From positions 450,001 through 482,000 of the forward strand of contig CP006868.1 in assembly GCA_025340205.1 (NCBI GenBank): 32,000 nucleotides of DNA, in the 5' to 3' direction. Shown here piece after piece: positions 8,687-17,475 of this stretch. The notes below the pieces were generated by a model, which saw nothing but the letters and a program-made list of their open reading frames with translations, was not told the DNA's origin and searched no databases. The position numbers were made by a program, and so were the translations under genes. The DNA comes from Ignicoccus pacificus DSM 13166. GTDB lineage: Archaea; Thermoproteota; Thermoprotei_A; Sulfolobales; Ignicoccaceae. The stretch's first letter is position 1. Each line of letters begins with the position of its first letter.

Positions 8687-10063
8687 TCACCTCTTCAAGT
8701 AGTAAACTATTACGAAAGCCAGAGCGGATAGAAAAATGGTTATCCCAAAGCTCAAGTCTGGATAAGGCAAGGGGGACTTGAAGGCCCTTGAGAGGCCGTA
8801 GGCTAGGGCCACCAGCGCTCCTACCACTGAGCTAGCGATTATGGCATCTCTGTTCCCCTTTCCTATTACCGTCGCCACGACCGGAACTAGGAAGGCTCCT
8901 GCTGTCAAGGTCCAGCCGGTCTTGAAGATCGTGGTAACCGCTCCCGCCAGCTCCTTCGGAAGGGTTAGGGTTAGAACCGCAATTACGGCTGCCGCTACCA
9001 TGCTCAGAAAGCTCAGAACCCTCAATACCTTGGTGTCCTTGATGTCAAACATGTCGTAGCCTATAGCGCTACCAACGGTTAGGGAGATCGAGTCAGCTGT
9101 GCTCATTGCAGCTGCCAGGACAGCGGCGCTGAAGACTGCCGCCCCAACGGTTCCCATGAGCTGCTGGGCTAGGAGGGGGATCGCCTTAATCGGGTTTATG
9201 GGCTTCTGGAGGAGTTGGGCGGCAGCTAAACCGCTCAAGAAGCTGCTGTAGGTTACTATGAATGCGAATGCAGTAGCTATGGCGGTAGACCTCTTCACTA
9301 TCCTGGGGTTCTTAGCTGTATAGAACCTGTTGATGAGCTGGGGAAGTCCCCAGACGGCTATGCTAGTGAGCAAAGCCAGGTCAAAGATCAGCCTTAGGTT
9401 GATCTTCGATGGAGGGACGAAGGGTTTAGAGGCGTCTAAAGCAGTGATGCCTCCCACCTTGGAGGTCGCTAAGATAACGAGCGCCAGCACACCGGTAGCC
9501 ATTATTATTCCTTGAATGGCGTCAGTCCAAACAACGCTGTACATACCTCCTAGAGCTACGTAAATTGCCATAACGAGTGCAATTATGAAAGCAGCCGTAG
9601 CTAAGTCCAGCTTGAAAACAGTTCCAACCATGGCGGCGGCTCCGCTTATGACGGTGGCGGCGTAGAGGGTTAATCCAACGGCCGTCACGAAGCCCAAGAG
9701 CCTCTGAAGGCCCTTGTTGTTGTAGGCCTTGGCAAATAGCTCTGGAACCGTTAGCGCATCGAACTTCTCGCTCAAAGCATTTATCTTTCTTCCAATGAAA
9801 ATAAACGTTACCAACGCTCCCAAGACTACGTTGAACACGGGGATGAGGAGGCTGGAGGAACCCCAGAGGAAGGCCCACATACCTCCAACGACTATGACCA
9901 CGCTGGAGAAGTACGTGGCTCCGAAGGTGAAGGCGAGCAACCATTCGCCTATTTCCCTGTTGGCCACTAGGAATCCTTTAATCGTATCAGCCTTTGCCTT
10001 GAATATGAATCCTATAAACAAAGTTAAAGCTAGGTAAGCTATCAAAACGCCCTCGGCTATCAC
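8687..10063 (-). CDS. Sodium:solute symporter (SSS) family transporter
   Basis: The protein is 458 aa with about 12-13 hydrophobic segments and SSS-like motifs (GGMYSVVWTDAIQG). It lies directly upstream of paaK on the same strand. Confidence 0.85.
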   Translation of the reverse strand: MIAEGVLIAYLALTLFIGFIFKAKADTIKGFLVANREIGEWLLAFTFGATYFSSVVIVVGGMWAFLWGSSSLLIPVFNVVLGALVTFIFIGRKINALSEKFDALTVPELFAKAYNNKGLQRLLGFVTAVGLTLYAATVISGAAAMVGTVFKLDLATAAFIIALVMAIYVALGGMYSVVWTDAIQGIIMATGVLALVILATSKVGGITALDASKPFVPPSKINLRLIFDLALLTSIAVWGLPQLINRFYTAKNPRIVKRSTAIATAFAFIVTYSSFLSGLAAAQLLQKPINPIKAIPLLAQQLMGTVGAAVFSAAVLAAAMSTADSISLTVGSAIGYDMFDIKDTKVLRVLSFLSMVAAAVIAVLTLTLPKELAGAVTTIFKTGWTLTAGAFLVPVVATVIGKGNRDAIIASSVVGALVALAYGLSRAFKSPLPYPDLSFGITIFLSALAFVIVYYLKR

Positions 10064-10167
10064 TCGCCCTCACCCTCCTCCTTCAAGCTGTACCATATCG
10101 CGACAGCAAGGGCACCTACTCCCACTCCGAGGGCCAGCAATACCACTCTTACCCACCTAAGGCCCAC
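10060..10167 (-). CDS. Unannotated 35-aa single-pass membrane peptide, a possible small subunit of the symporter
   Basis: Hand translation gives (GTG)MGLRWVRVVLLALGVGVGALAVAIWYSLKEEGEGE. Its TGA overlaps the GTG start of the symporter as GTGA. An A/T box (caaataaaag on the minus strand) sits about 23 nt upstream of the GTG, which fits a leaderless first gene. Confidence 0.35.
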   Translation of the reverse strand: MGLRWVRVVLLALGVGVGALAVAIWYSLKEEGEGE

Positions 10168-10233
10168 AACATTTAAGGGGCTTTTATTTGTTGACTCTCA
10201 AGATTGTCAAGAATGCCATGGCAGAAAAAGAAC

Positions 10234-11403
10234 TCAGCCCCTCTCCAGAGGGATCTTTTCTACAGTGACGGACTCCAAGTAGTCCCAATCTATGTCAAAC
10301 ATTAAGCCGGGAGAATCCCTCAGCTCCACGAATCCGCACTTTATGTCAAAGGGATCCTTCGCTAAGGACCTCTCATAGAACTGCTGATCTGGTGAGAAGT
10401 CGGAGGGCTCCAGGGGTCCCTTTACCGCTGATGCGACTACCATGTTCAAGCTCCTCCCTATGACTGTTTCGAGCAAACCTCCTATGAAGACTGGGATGTT
10501 GTGGTCCACCGCTATATCGAGCACTTGAAGGCTCGCAGTGAGGCCTCCCAGCCTGGGAGGCTTCACGTTTATTGAGAGCAGCGACCCGAACTCCTCGTTT
10601 AACATAGCTACCTCCAACGCCCTTCTAGGCGTGTCAACGCTCTCGTCGAGCACCACCTCTATTCCCTCTTCCGAGGAGAGCTTGGCTGAACTCACCAAGT
10701 CGCCGGGAGGGTAGGGTTGTTCTATTGCATCAGCGTAAGCGGCTACGTCGGAGAGCTGCTCCCTGTGGGACTCCCTTACCGGGTCATAGGCCCCGTTGGC
10801 ATCTGCCAAGAGTTGGACTCCGGGGAACTCGTGCCTGAGGGCCTTGAGGGGCTCCACGTCCCACCCGGGCTTTATCTTAACCTTGAGTCTCCTGGCCCCC
10901 CAGTTCAACGCCTCCTCAGCACAAGATATCAGTTCATCGAGGTCTTCGGTTATTCCAATGCTCTCCTGCACCGGCAGCTTGTAAGGCCTTCCGCCAACCG
11001 CTTCAACCAAGCTCTTGTTATTTAAGCAAGAGAGGAGCGTGAGGATAGAGTACTCTATCATGGTCTTCGCCATTTGGTTACCTCTATAGGAGTTCAGCTT
11101 TGAAAGGAGTTCCTTCACGTTTTGTGACATAAACAAGTGCTCCTTCATCTTCTTGGTGAACTCAACCACGCTCTCCACGAACTCTCCGGAGTACAGAGGA
11201 TAGGGGTCAACCGGGGCCTCTCCTGCTCCTATGCAATCGCCGCTCCTGGAAATGAGGAACACCCTTACTCCGTAGAACTCACCGAAGCTCGTGCGGAAGG
11301 CTCTCTTTATCGGTATCTTAGCTATTACTAACTCATAGCTCACGTCCTCTGGAATTGACCACGTAAGGTAATCCAAAGCCCATCTCCAAGGAAGGCTATG
11401 CAA
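10234..11403 (-). CDS. Enolase-superfamily enzyme, MR/MLE subgroup (o-succinylbenzoate synthase / N-acylamino-acid racemase-like)
   Basis: Catalytic signatures are present in order: LKVKIKPG (KxK), LLADANGAY (DxN), AIEQP and VLDES. The true start may be the GTG at 11343. Confidence 0.8.
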   Translation of the reverse strand: MHSLPWRWALDYLTWSIPEDVSYELVIAKIPIKRAFRTSFGEFYGVRVFLISRSGDCIGAGEAPVDPYPLYSGEFVESVVEFTKKMKEHLFMSQNVKELLSKLNSYRGNQMAKTMIEYSILTLLSCLNNKSLVEAVGGRPYKLPVQESIGITEDLDELISCAEEALNWGARRLKVKIKPGWDVEPLKALRHEFPGVQLLADANGAYDPVRESHREQLSDVAAYADAIEQPYPPGDLVSSAKLSSEEGIEVVLDESVDTPRRALEVAMLNEEFGSLLSINVKPPRLGGLTASLQVLDIAVDHNIPVFIGGLLETVIGRSLNMVVASAVKGPLEPSDFSPDQQFYERSLAKDPFDIKCGFVELRDSPGLMFDIDWDYLESVTVEKIPLERG

Positions 11404-11446
11404 TAACTCTAAATTGGGTTCCCCTTCACGGATGCGGTGAGTTCAA

Positions 11447-11872
11447 GTGAGGTTGATAATGATAAGGTATGATCCCGAGGAAGGAGCGCAGAGGTTCGTC
11501 ATAGACAACGAGCTGGAGAAAGTAGTTAGAGAGAAGGCGGCTCATGTAATAAAGGAAGAATGGAATCCCGAGAGCGGAGAGTTCAGCGTAATGATGGACT
11601 ACTTCGAGTACGAATATCCTCTCCCCTTGAAGAAGGAGCAGTATGAGCTCTTCAAGAACTTCAACATGAGAAAGGAAGGGAAGGTAGTGGTGGTCAGAGT
11701 TCCCTACTTCGTGATAATGTTCCCCAAGTATCCCTACGAGGGAGCTCCCGTGGTAGTGTACTTGATCACCCCATTCTTCGAGGACAGAGTAGATGAGCTC
11801 ATGGAGTTCGCTAAGCAAGTGTCCTCCGGGATAAACGAGATGCCGGAGGAGTCAGAGGGCCAGCTGGAGTAA
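11447..11872 (+). CDS. Hypothetical protein
   Basis: A long ORF with host-like codon usage and no recognisable motif. The ATG at 11459 is an alternative start. Confidence 0.45.
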   Translation: MRLIMIRYDPEEGAQRFVIDNELEKVVREKAAHVIKEEWNPESGEFSVMMDYFEYEYPLPLKKEQYELFKNFNMRKEGKVVVVRVPYFVIMFPKYPYEGAPVVVYLITPFFEDRVDELMEFAKQVSSGINEMPEESEGQLE

Positions 11873-12721
11873 CCTCTTTCTACCGATAAGGAGGAGCTTT
11901 CCTCCCCTCCACAGGATCCTCTGAAGCTTCCCGTCCCACTCCACTTTGTATTCCTCGAGGACCTTCAGACTCTCCACGTCTACTAACCTTATCCTCAACT
12001 TATCCCCTTCCGGCTCCGCGCTTATCATGTCGCAGTTGGGGCCCAAGGTGACCCTCGAGCCTCTGGGAAGGGTTATCTTAACCGGCCTCTTCAGGTTCCC
12101 CTCCACGTTGTAAAGCCTCACGTCAGTGAGCAAGTCCTCTTCCTTTAGGGTTACCGTGAAGAAGGGATAGCAGCTGCTCACGTCTGTTATTTCCTTATCA
12201 TAGAGTATCTTGTTGATCACCATTGGATCCAAGCCATTGGTGATGAGCCAGCCCTCTATGTCAATTACGTTTAGGGAGTTCCCGGAAGGGGCTAGGAGGA
12301 ACACGTCGCAGATCTCTATCTTCCCGCTCACCCTTCCCACGAACCTCCTCGGGAGGGGCATCACTGTGCCGAGCTCATCGATGAGTAGGCACCCGTCCCC
12401 GCAGGCGATTACTCCTAGCTCGTAGTCTCGAAAGTAAGGATACCTCCTTAGGTCTTGGATCACTATCTCATCGACTAATTTCCCTTGACCACTATACTTT
12501 TCGATGCTATCAAGAACATTCCCCATACCTAAAGTGTTGGAGAAGGGAAGGTAATTAGTGGAAATGTAGAAGTTATCCCTTTCCATGAAGAGTATCTCGC
12601 CTGTAGACTCGATGAGACCTCCGCCTTCCTCAGTAACTACCCCCACCAAGCCGCTAGGGTGGAGGTCCACGTCCTTTATCGCCTTTGAGAATTCCCTTCT
12701 CCAGATTTCCAGCGCTTTCAA
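11852..12721 (-). CDS. Hypothetical protein, probably beta-rich
   Basis: A 289-aa ORF with no motif I recognise. It overlaps the convergent previous ORF by 21 nt. Confidence 0.45.
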   Translation of the reverse strand: MKALEIWRREFSKAIKDVDLHPSGLVGVVTEEGGGLIESTGEILFMERDNFYISTNYLPFSNTLGMGNVLDSIEKYSGQGKLVDEIVIQDLRRYPYFRDYELGVIACGDGCLLIDELGTVMPLPRRFVGRVSGKIEICDVFLLAPSGNSLNVIDIEGWLITNGLDPMVINKILYDKEITDVSSCYPFFTVTLKEEDLLTDVRLYNVEGNLKRPVKITLPRGSRVTLGPNCDMISAEPEGDKLRIRLVDVESLKVLEEYKVEWDGKLQRILWRGGKLLLIGRKRLLQLAL

Positions 12722-12776
12722 CCTAAGGATCGAGGAGAGCGAGGTGATTAAATGTGGAAAGGGGTAGAAAAAAGCG

Positions 12777-13385
12777 TTAGCCGGTTACGGTTACGGTAGT
12801 GGTGACGGTCACAGTCACGGTCTTGGTGACGGTCACGGTGGTGGGAGCGCAAGCTCCGGCGGTGGTGGTAGTGCTGGTGCTGGTCTGCATGACGGCGGGC
12901 TGGATGGTGATTATCTTGCTGGCGTACCAGTCGCCCATGGGGCTTCCGTCACCGTTGGCGGCGATGACAGCGATGTTGAAGGTCACCGGGACGGGCTTCT
13001 TGGGAGCGATCCACTCGAAGGTCCACTCCCTCTTTAGAGAGCCCTCCTTGGTGTGGGTGATTATGGGCTTGCCGGTCATCATGTCAGTGCTTATGAAGGT
13101 GTCCTTGGGGTCGATGACCTTTAGCTTACCAGCGCTGACGCTCACAGCGAATCCGCCGCAGGCAACTCCACCGGTGCAGTCGGGACCCTTGGTTATCTCG
13201 ATGGTTATCTTGTAAGCCTTGCCGGGGACGTACTCCTTAGGTAGGCCGATTACCTTGAACTGGGCAGGGTGCTGAGCGGCGCCCATGTGGCACTGGGTAC
13301 AGGTTAGGGTGGGAGCTCCGTTGCTCATGGCGAAGACGGTAGCGGCGAGGATCACTGCTAAGAGAACGCCCTTAAAGGCCTTCAT
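12777..13385 (-). CDS. Secreted mono-heme c-type cytochrome-like protein with a beta-sandwich domain and a (Thr-Val)n tail
   Basis: I chose the ATG at 13385, which has GAGGTGA upstream. The signal peptide is MKAFKGVLLAVILAATVFAMSNG. There is a single CxxCH motif (CTQCHMG). The C-terminus is QTSTSTTTT...TVTVTKTVTVTVTTTVTVTG, encoded by a 6-nt periodic ACN-GTN repeat at 12780-12850. Confidence 0.6.
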   Translation of the reverse strand: MKAFKGVLLAVILAATVFAMSNGAPTLTCTQCHMGAAQHPAQFKVIGLPKEYVPGKAYKITIEITKGPDCTGGVACGGFAVSVSAGKLKVIDPKDTFISTDMMTGKPIITHTKEGSLKREWTFEWIAPKKPVPVTFNIAVIAANGDGSPMGDWYASKIITIQPAVMQTSTSTTTTAGACAPTTVTVTKTVTVTVTTTVTVTG

Positions 13386-13593
13386 ACCTTTCACCTCGGG
13401 CTCTCTCCCGGTGCACAATTTATTACTTTTGGTGCAAAGGATCATAATAGCACATCCATTGGGCATTTATTGAAAGCTATTCGAACGATCAAGGTCTTTC
13501 GTCTAGGTGAAGGAATAAGCACTTAAGTTTACGGCCGTTAAAGATCGTATTAGTGTAATAACTGCTCCTCCTCCAAGAGCTGGGTTACTGAGG

Positions 13594-14112
13594 TTGGACG
13601 CCTTATTCGATGCCATACGAAGGGAGCTGGAGATAGGGGACCTGGTGAGCTTGAGCGCCTCTCAGTGGGAGGAGATCGTTTCATCGTACAGAAAGTTCGC
13701 TACTAGGTGCTCCGAGTCCACTCTGAGGGACGCTTGCATCAGGAGGCTTGAAAGGTACAAGGACTTGTTTAAGCAACTCTTCAAGCTGAGGGTCTACAAG
13801 GCCTTGGACAGAGAAGGAGTGAGCGAAGACTCCATAGACTCCCCACTGCTGAGGCTTATCTTGAAGCTAGTAGAGGACTACGTCTCTACTCTTGACGAAG
13901 TGATAGCAGATGAGAGGGGGAAGGTGTATGCTATAATAAAAAGAAGAATACAGGTTGGAAAAGTCGTATTAGAACCGGGAGAGCTTGTACTTATGGATCT
14001 GATGGAAGCCATTGCACTAAGCTCCTTCGGCTACGTTGAATTACTAAGACTCCCTTCGGAGACCTCGAAGGGGTACTCTTGGATGAGGGCGGAAAGGGTT
14101 CACACGGAGTAG
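13594..14112 (+). CDS. Hypothetical protein with a weak resemblance to archaeal GINS subunits (speculative)
   Basis: TTG start. The N-terminal half is helical and ends in LFKLRVYKAL, followed by a small beta-rich C-terminal domain. This is a resemblance only, with no diagnostic motif. Confidence 0.4.
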   Translation: MDALFDAIRRELEIGDLVSLSASQWEEIVSSYRKFATRCSESTLRDACIRRLERYKDLFKQLFKLRVYKALDREGVSEDSIDSPLLRLILKLVEDYVSTLDEVIADERGKVYAIIKRRIQVGKVVLEPGELVLMDLMEAIALSSFGYVELLRLPSETSKGYSWMRAERVHTE

Positions 14113-14115
14113 ATC

Positions 14116-14253
14116 TCACCACAAGCACTCGTCCTCTGGAGAACATCCACACCTTTCGTTGCAGTAATCCACAGGGCTGTAGCCTTCGGGAACTCCCTCG
14201 CCGAGGTAGGCTATGCCTTGAACGCACCTCTTCAAGCACTCACAGTCGCACAC
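14116..14253 (-). CDS. Candidate Cys-rich mini-protein (45 aa from the GTG), preceded in frame by ATG, 15 further codons and a TAG
   Basis: Hand translation gives (GTG)CDCECLKRCVQGIAYLGEGVPEGYSPVDYCNERCGCSPEDECLW-TGA, with 8 Cys. Upstream in the same frame, the ATG at 14311-14313 has GGAGG 6 nt before it and reads MNPLVKRLEGKAGWEG, then TAG at 14263-14265. Confidence 0.25.
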   Translation of the reverse strand: MCDCECLKRCVQGIAYLGEGVPEGYSPVDYCNERCGCSPEDECLW

Positions 14254-14335
14254 GTCCAGCCCCTATCCTTCCCACCCAGCTTTCCCCTCTAAGCGCTTTA
14301 CCAAGGGATTCATTTCGCCCTCCTGAACTAAACGC

Positions 14336-14345
14336 TTAATAAAAA
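14336..14345. promoter_or_regulatory. A/T box (ttaataaaaa), a possible bidirectional TATA element for thiC (+) and the Cys-rich mini-ORF (-)
   Basis: It is the only strong A/T box in the 14113-14376 spacer. It lies 32-41 nt upstream of the thiC ATG and about 25-30 nt upstream of the minus-strand ATG at 14313. Confidence 0.35.
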
Positions 14346-14376
14346 TGCCTAGCGGTACAGAAACAGGTTCACCTCC

Positions 14377-15672
14377 ATGGGAACGATATTTGAGGACGCC
14401 AGAAGGGGGATAATTACAGAGGAGATGAAGAAAATAGCAGAGGTTGAGGGCGTAGAGCCGGAGTTCGTCAGAAGGGGGTTGGCGGCTGGAAGAATCGTGC
14501 TCCTAAGGAACGTTAAGAGGGCCGAAAAGCTCAAGGTAGTAGCAGTAGGAGAGGGCATGCTAACCAAGGTGAACGCAAACATAGGAACCAGCAACACCTT
14601 GATAGACCTGGATATGGAGGTTGAGAAGGCTAGAATAGCAAAGAAGTACGGAGCGGATACGGTAATGGATCTCTCTACAGGAGGAAACTTGGACGTGATA
14701 AGGAGGAAGATCATGGAAGCGGCCGAACCCCTTCCCTTGGGCACCGTTCCTATATACCAAGCCTTCATGGACGTTGCAAACAGGAAGGGAGCAGGAATAC
14801 ACATGACGGAGGATGACATCCTAAACACTATAGAAAAGCAATTGAAAGACGGAGTTGACTTCATGACCCTCCACGCTGCTCTAACAAAGGAATTGGCGGA
14901 GAAGGCGGTGAAGAGCAACAGGGCGGAGCCCATAGTGAGCAGGGGAGGCTCGATCATAGCCGCTTGGATGCTGGAGCATGACAAGGAAAACCCCTTGCTG
15001 AGCAACTTCGACTACGTCTTGGAGCTGTTCAAGGAGTACGACGCAGTCATAAGCTTGGGGGACAGCCTCAGGCCCGGCGCCCTCGAAGACGCTCACGATG
15101 AATATCACTTGAGCGAGCTCATGGTGAATGCCAGGTTGGTAAAGAGGGCTAGGGAAGCGGGAGTTCAGGTTATGCTTGAAGGTCCCGGACACGTTCCTTT
15201 GGATAGAGTGGTAGCTGACGTCAGACTTGCTAAAAGGCTCACCGAAGGGGCTCCTTACTACATCCTAGGACCCTTAGTAACTGACCTAGCCGCTGGCTAC
15301 GACCACATAGCGGGAGCGATAGGAGGTGCCTTAGCAGCTGCCCACGGGGCCGACTTTCTGTGCTACGTAACTCCAGCTGAACACTTGAACTTACCAAATC
15401 CAGAGCAAGTTAGAGAAGGCGTAATAGCTTTCAGGATAGCCGCTCACGCAGCGGACATAGTGAAGTACCCGGATAGGGCAATGAAAAAGGACATAGAAAT
15501 GGGAAGGTGTAGGGGAAGGCTCGACTGGGAGTGCATGATAAACTTAGCCTTGGATCCAGACAAGGCGAGAGAGATAAGGGACCAATACGGACCCACTCCC
15601 TTGAAGAGCTGCAACATGTGCGGGAGCCTCTGCGTCTTCCTCCTCTTGGACAAGTGGAGGAAGAAGGACTAA
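14377..15672 (+). CDS. thiC: Phosphomethylpyrimidine synthase ThiC
   Basis: ThiC-like along its full length: VMDLSTGG, PIYQA, DFMTLHA, SRGGS, LGDSLRPG, EGPGHVP, LVTDLAAGYDHI, YVTPAEHL and the C-terminal C-x2-C-x4-C (CNMCGSLC). Confidence 0.95.
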   Translation: MGTIFEDARRGIITEEMKKIAEVEGVEPEFVRRGLAAGRIVLLRNVKRAEKLKVVAVGEGMLTKVNANIGTSNTLIDLDMEVEKARIAKKYGADTVMDLSTGGNLDVIRRKIMEAAEPLPLGTVPIYQAFMDVANRKGAGIHMTEDDILNTIEKQLKDGVDFMTLHAALTKELAEKAVKSNRAEPIVSRGGSIIAAWMLEHDKENPLLSNFDYVLELFKEYDAVISLGDSLRPGALEDAHDEYHLSELMVNARLVKRAREAGVQVMLEGPGHVPLDRVVADVRLAKRLTEGAPYYILGPLVTDLAAGYDHIAGAIGGALAAAHGADFLCYVTPAEHLNLPNPEQVREGVIAFRIAAHAADIVKYPDRAMKKDIEMGRCRGRLDWECMINLALDPDKAREIRDQYGPTPLKSCNMCGSLCVFLLLDKWRKKD

Positions 15673-16184
15673 AGCTCCTTTAAGTACTCCAAAGCCTCCT
15701 CGTAAGCCTCTTCCCTAGCCTCCCTTCTAACGATTATCTTCTTGCAGTTCCTCAACATCTCTAGGAATTCCCTATCCCTCAACCTTAAATGATGAACTAC
15801 TATGAAGGGCCTTCCGGAACGTAGGACCTTCAGAAATTCCTTCCTCACTTCATCTAGCTTCAACTCCATTGGCCCTATCTCGTCTATCACGTAGAAGTCA
15901 CAGTCCCCGGAAAAGGCCTCCTTTACCAGCTCGACCACTTGGGGGCATACCCTGTACCTCCCTACTCTGGGACCATTGCATCCCTCAACCTTTGCCAACC
16001 ACTCCTCCTTCCCGCTCCTAATATCAACCATCTTGAACCCTATTCTTCTTCCACGTACTCTGACGTCGGGACAAGTCACTCCGCACACTTTGTATCCCCT
16101 TCTCTTCAGCTCTTCGACTAACTTCATTGCCAAGGTGCTTTTCCCCGCTCCCGGCTCGCCGGTTATCGCTATGCAGAACGTCAA
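15669..16184 (-). CDS. THEP1-type nucleoside-triphosphatase
   Basis: Walker A is ITGEPGAGKSTL and Walker B is VIDEIGPMEL. The size is about 170 aa, and the start is TTG. Confidence 0.8.
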   Translation of the reverse strand: MTFCIAITGEPGAGKSTLAMKLVEELKRRGYKVCGVTCPDVRVRGRRIGFKMVDIRSGKEEWLAKVEGCNGPRVGRYRVCPQVVELVKEAFSGDCDFYVIDEIGPMELKLDEVRKEFLKVLRSGRPFIVVHHLRLRDREFLEMLRNCKKIIVRREAREEAYEEALEYLKEL

Positions 16185-16245
16185 ACTTCTTCCCCTCTGA
16201 TCTGATCACGAGGAATTTATTTTCGTTAAAGCCTCTTAATTTTCA

Positions 16246-16323
16246 TTGCAAGTTGTAACAACTTGCAATAACTCTACTGGAGCTTACAACAATATTTATA
16301 ATATATTGTTGCAACTTACAACA
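16246..16323. promoter_or_regulatory. Operator-like palindromes around the TATA box of the PadR-family gene
   Basis: There is a 23-nt palindrome TTGCAAGTTGT-A-ACAACTTGCAA at 16246-16268. A 9-bp inverted repeat, CAACAATAT-n7-ATATTGTTG (16287-16311), brackets the tttataa box. CTTACAACA is directly repeated at 16283-16291 and 16315-16323. Confidence 0.55.
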
Positions 16324-16336
16324 CGAGAGGTGAGAT

Positions 16337-16837
16337 GTGGTGTTCGGTCCCCCTGCTACCACCTTAGGTCTCATAGAGCCAAACTTCATTGAGGAAATCG
16401 AAAATCAAGCTAGGGAGTTCCTGGACTTGATCATACTCAATGCAATCAAAGAGGGGAAGGATCAAGCCATGAGCATATACGACCAAATAAGATCTTGCGG
16501 CATTCCCATGAACATGAGCACATTCTACGCTACCTTGAGGGAGCTCGAGAGGGAGGGACTGGTAAGGTCAGAGGGAGCTAGGAACAAGAGGTATTACATA
16601 ACAGAGAAGGGAGAGAAGTACTTGGAGGAGAACGCCCAACGGCTCGAGAGAGTTAAGGAGGTAACGAGGAAGCTCAGAGTGGCGAAGGCAATAGGAATAC
16701 CAATGATGATGGCTACCCTCAAGGAGTTACTGAACAACTTGGACAAGTTGAGTCCAGAGGATAGGGCGGAGATAATGGAAGCTCTGGGAACTGCCTCGAT
16801 AGCAGTCAAGAAGGTCTTGGCGAAATACGTCGAGTAA
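16337..16837 (+). CDS. PadR-family winged-helix transcriptional regulator
   Basis: STFYATLRELEREGLVRSEGARNKRYYITEKGEKYLEE is the PadR recognition helix plus wing. The GTG start has GAGGTGA 4 nt upstream. Confidence 0.8.
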   Translation: MVFGPPATTLGLIEPNFIEEIENQAREFLDLIILNAIKEGKDQAMSIYDQIRSCGIPMNMSTFYATLRELEREGLVRSEGARNKRYYITEKGEKYLEENAQRLERVKEVTRKLRVAKAIGIPMMMATLKELLNNLDKLSPEDRAEIMEALGTASIAVKKVLAKYVE

Positions 16838-16881
16838 GTTCGCCACTTAAGCTCCAATCCCTTTTCTTTCTGGGAGTTCGG

Positions 16882-17475
16882 TTGGAGCTGCTAGGTCTCG
16901 GAGCGTGGGTCTTAACGTTCATCCTATCCTCCTTGCTAGCATCAATTGTAGAGCAGAGGTTCTCCCCCTTCGTGTTGCAAGCCTCCCTCTTGATCCTCTC
17001 AGTCTTTTCGATCTACTTATTGAAACTAAGGGTTCCCCTCCTCAAAAGTCCTCTAGGACTTCTCCTAGCCTTTATCTCTGTACCTATCATGATTACGTTC
17101 TATACAACTGTAGGAAGGCGCCTCGAAGACTACGAGCTCGAGTTCTTGCCCTCTTCTCCCCTTCCCAAGTACTTTCTGCTCCTCCTTCTAGCCCCCATGG
17201 CAGAGGAGGCGAGCTTCAGAGGTCTGCTGGAATGGAGCTTGAGCTTTCCTATTTCTATAATTTTGCCGGCGCTGGCATTCGGCCTAGTTCACATAATGCC
17301 CTATGGCAAGGCTCCTCGAAGGTCTAAGGCAGTCGCCCTTTCGATAATAACCGTCTTGGGATTCCTCTTCTCCCTTCTCTCGTGGTATTATGGCTTGGTC
17401 TCCGCGATGCTCTCTCATTCTATGACAAATGCCGTAAGCTTGATTGAGGAGAGGAGAACAAGAAAAAGCACTTAG
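16882..17475 (+). CDS. CPBP (CAAX/Abi-type) intramembrane metalloprotease
   Basis: It has multiple transmembrane segments with the three CPBP motifs in order: EEASFRG, FGLVH and HSMTN. Confidence 0.8.
   Translation: MELLGLGAWVLTFILSSLLASIVEQRFSPFVLQASLLILSVFSIYLLKLRVPLLKSPLGLLLAFISVPIMITFYTTVGRRLEDYELEFLPSSPLPKYFLLLLLAPMAEEASFRGLLEWSLSFPISIILPALAFGLVHIMPYGKAPRRSKAVALSIITVLGFLFSLLSWYYGLVSAMLSHSMTNAVSLIEERRTRKST

Noticed and set aside
14113-14376. A possible TPP riboswitch upstream of thiC.
   Set aside because: I could not find the conserved CUGAGA / ACCUGAUCUGGAUAAUGCCAGCG-type core on the plus strand. The likely TATA box leaves only about a 10-nt leader, and TPP riboswitches are not expected in this archaeal group.
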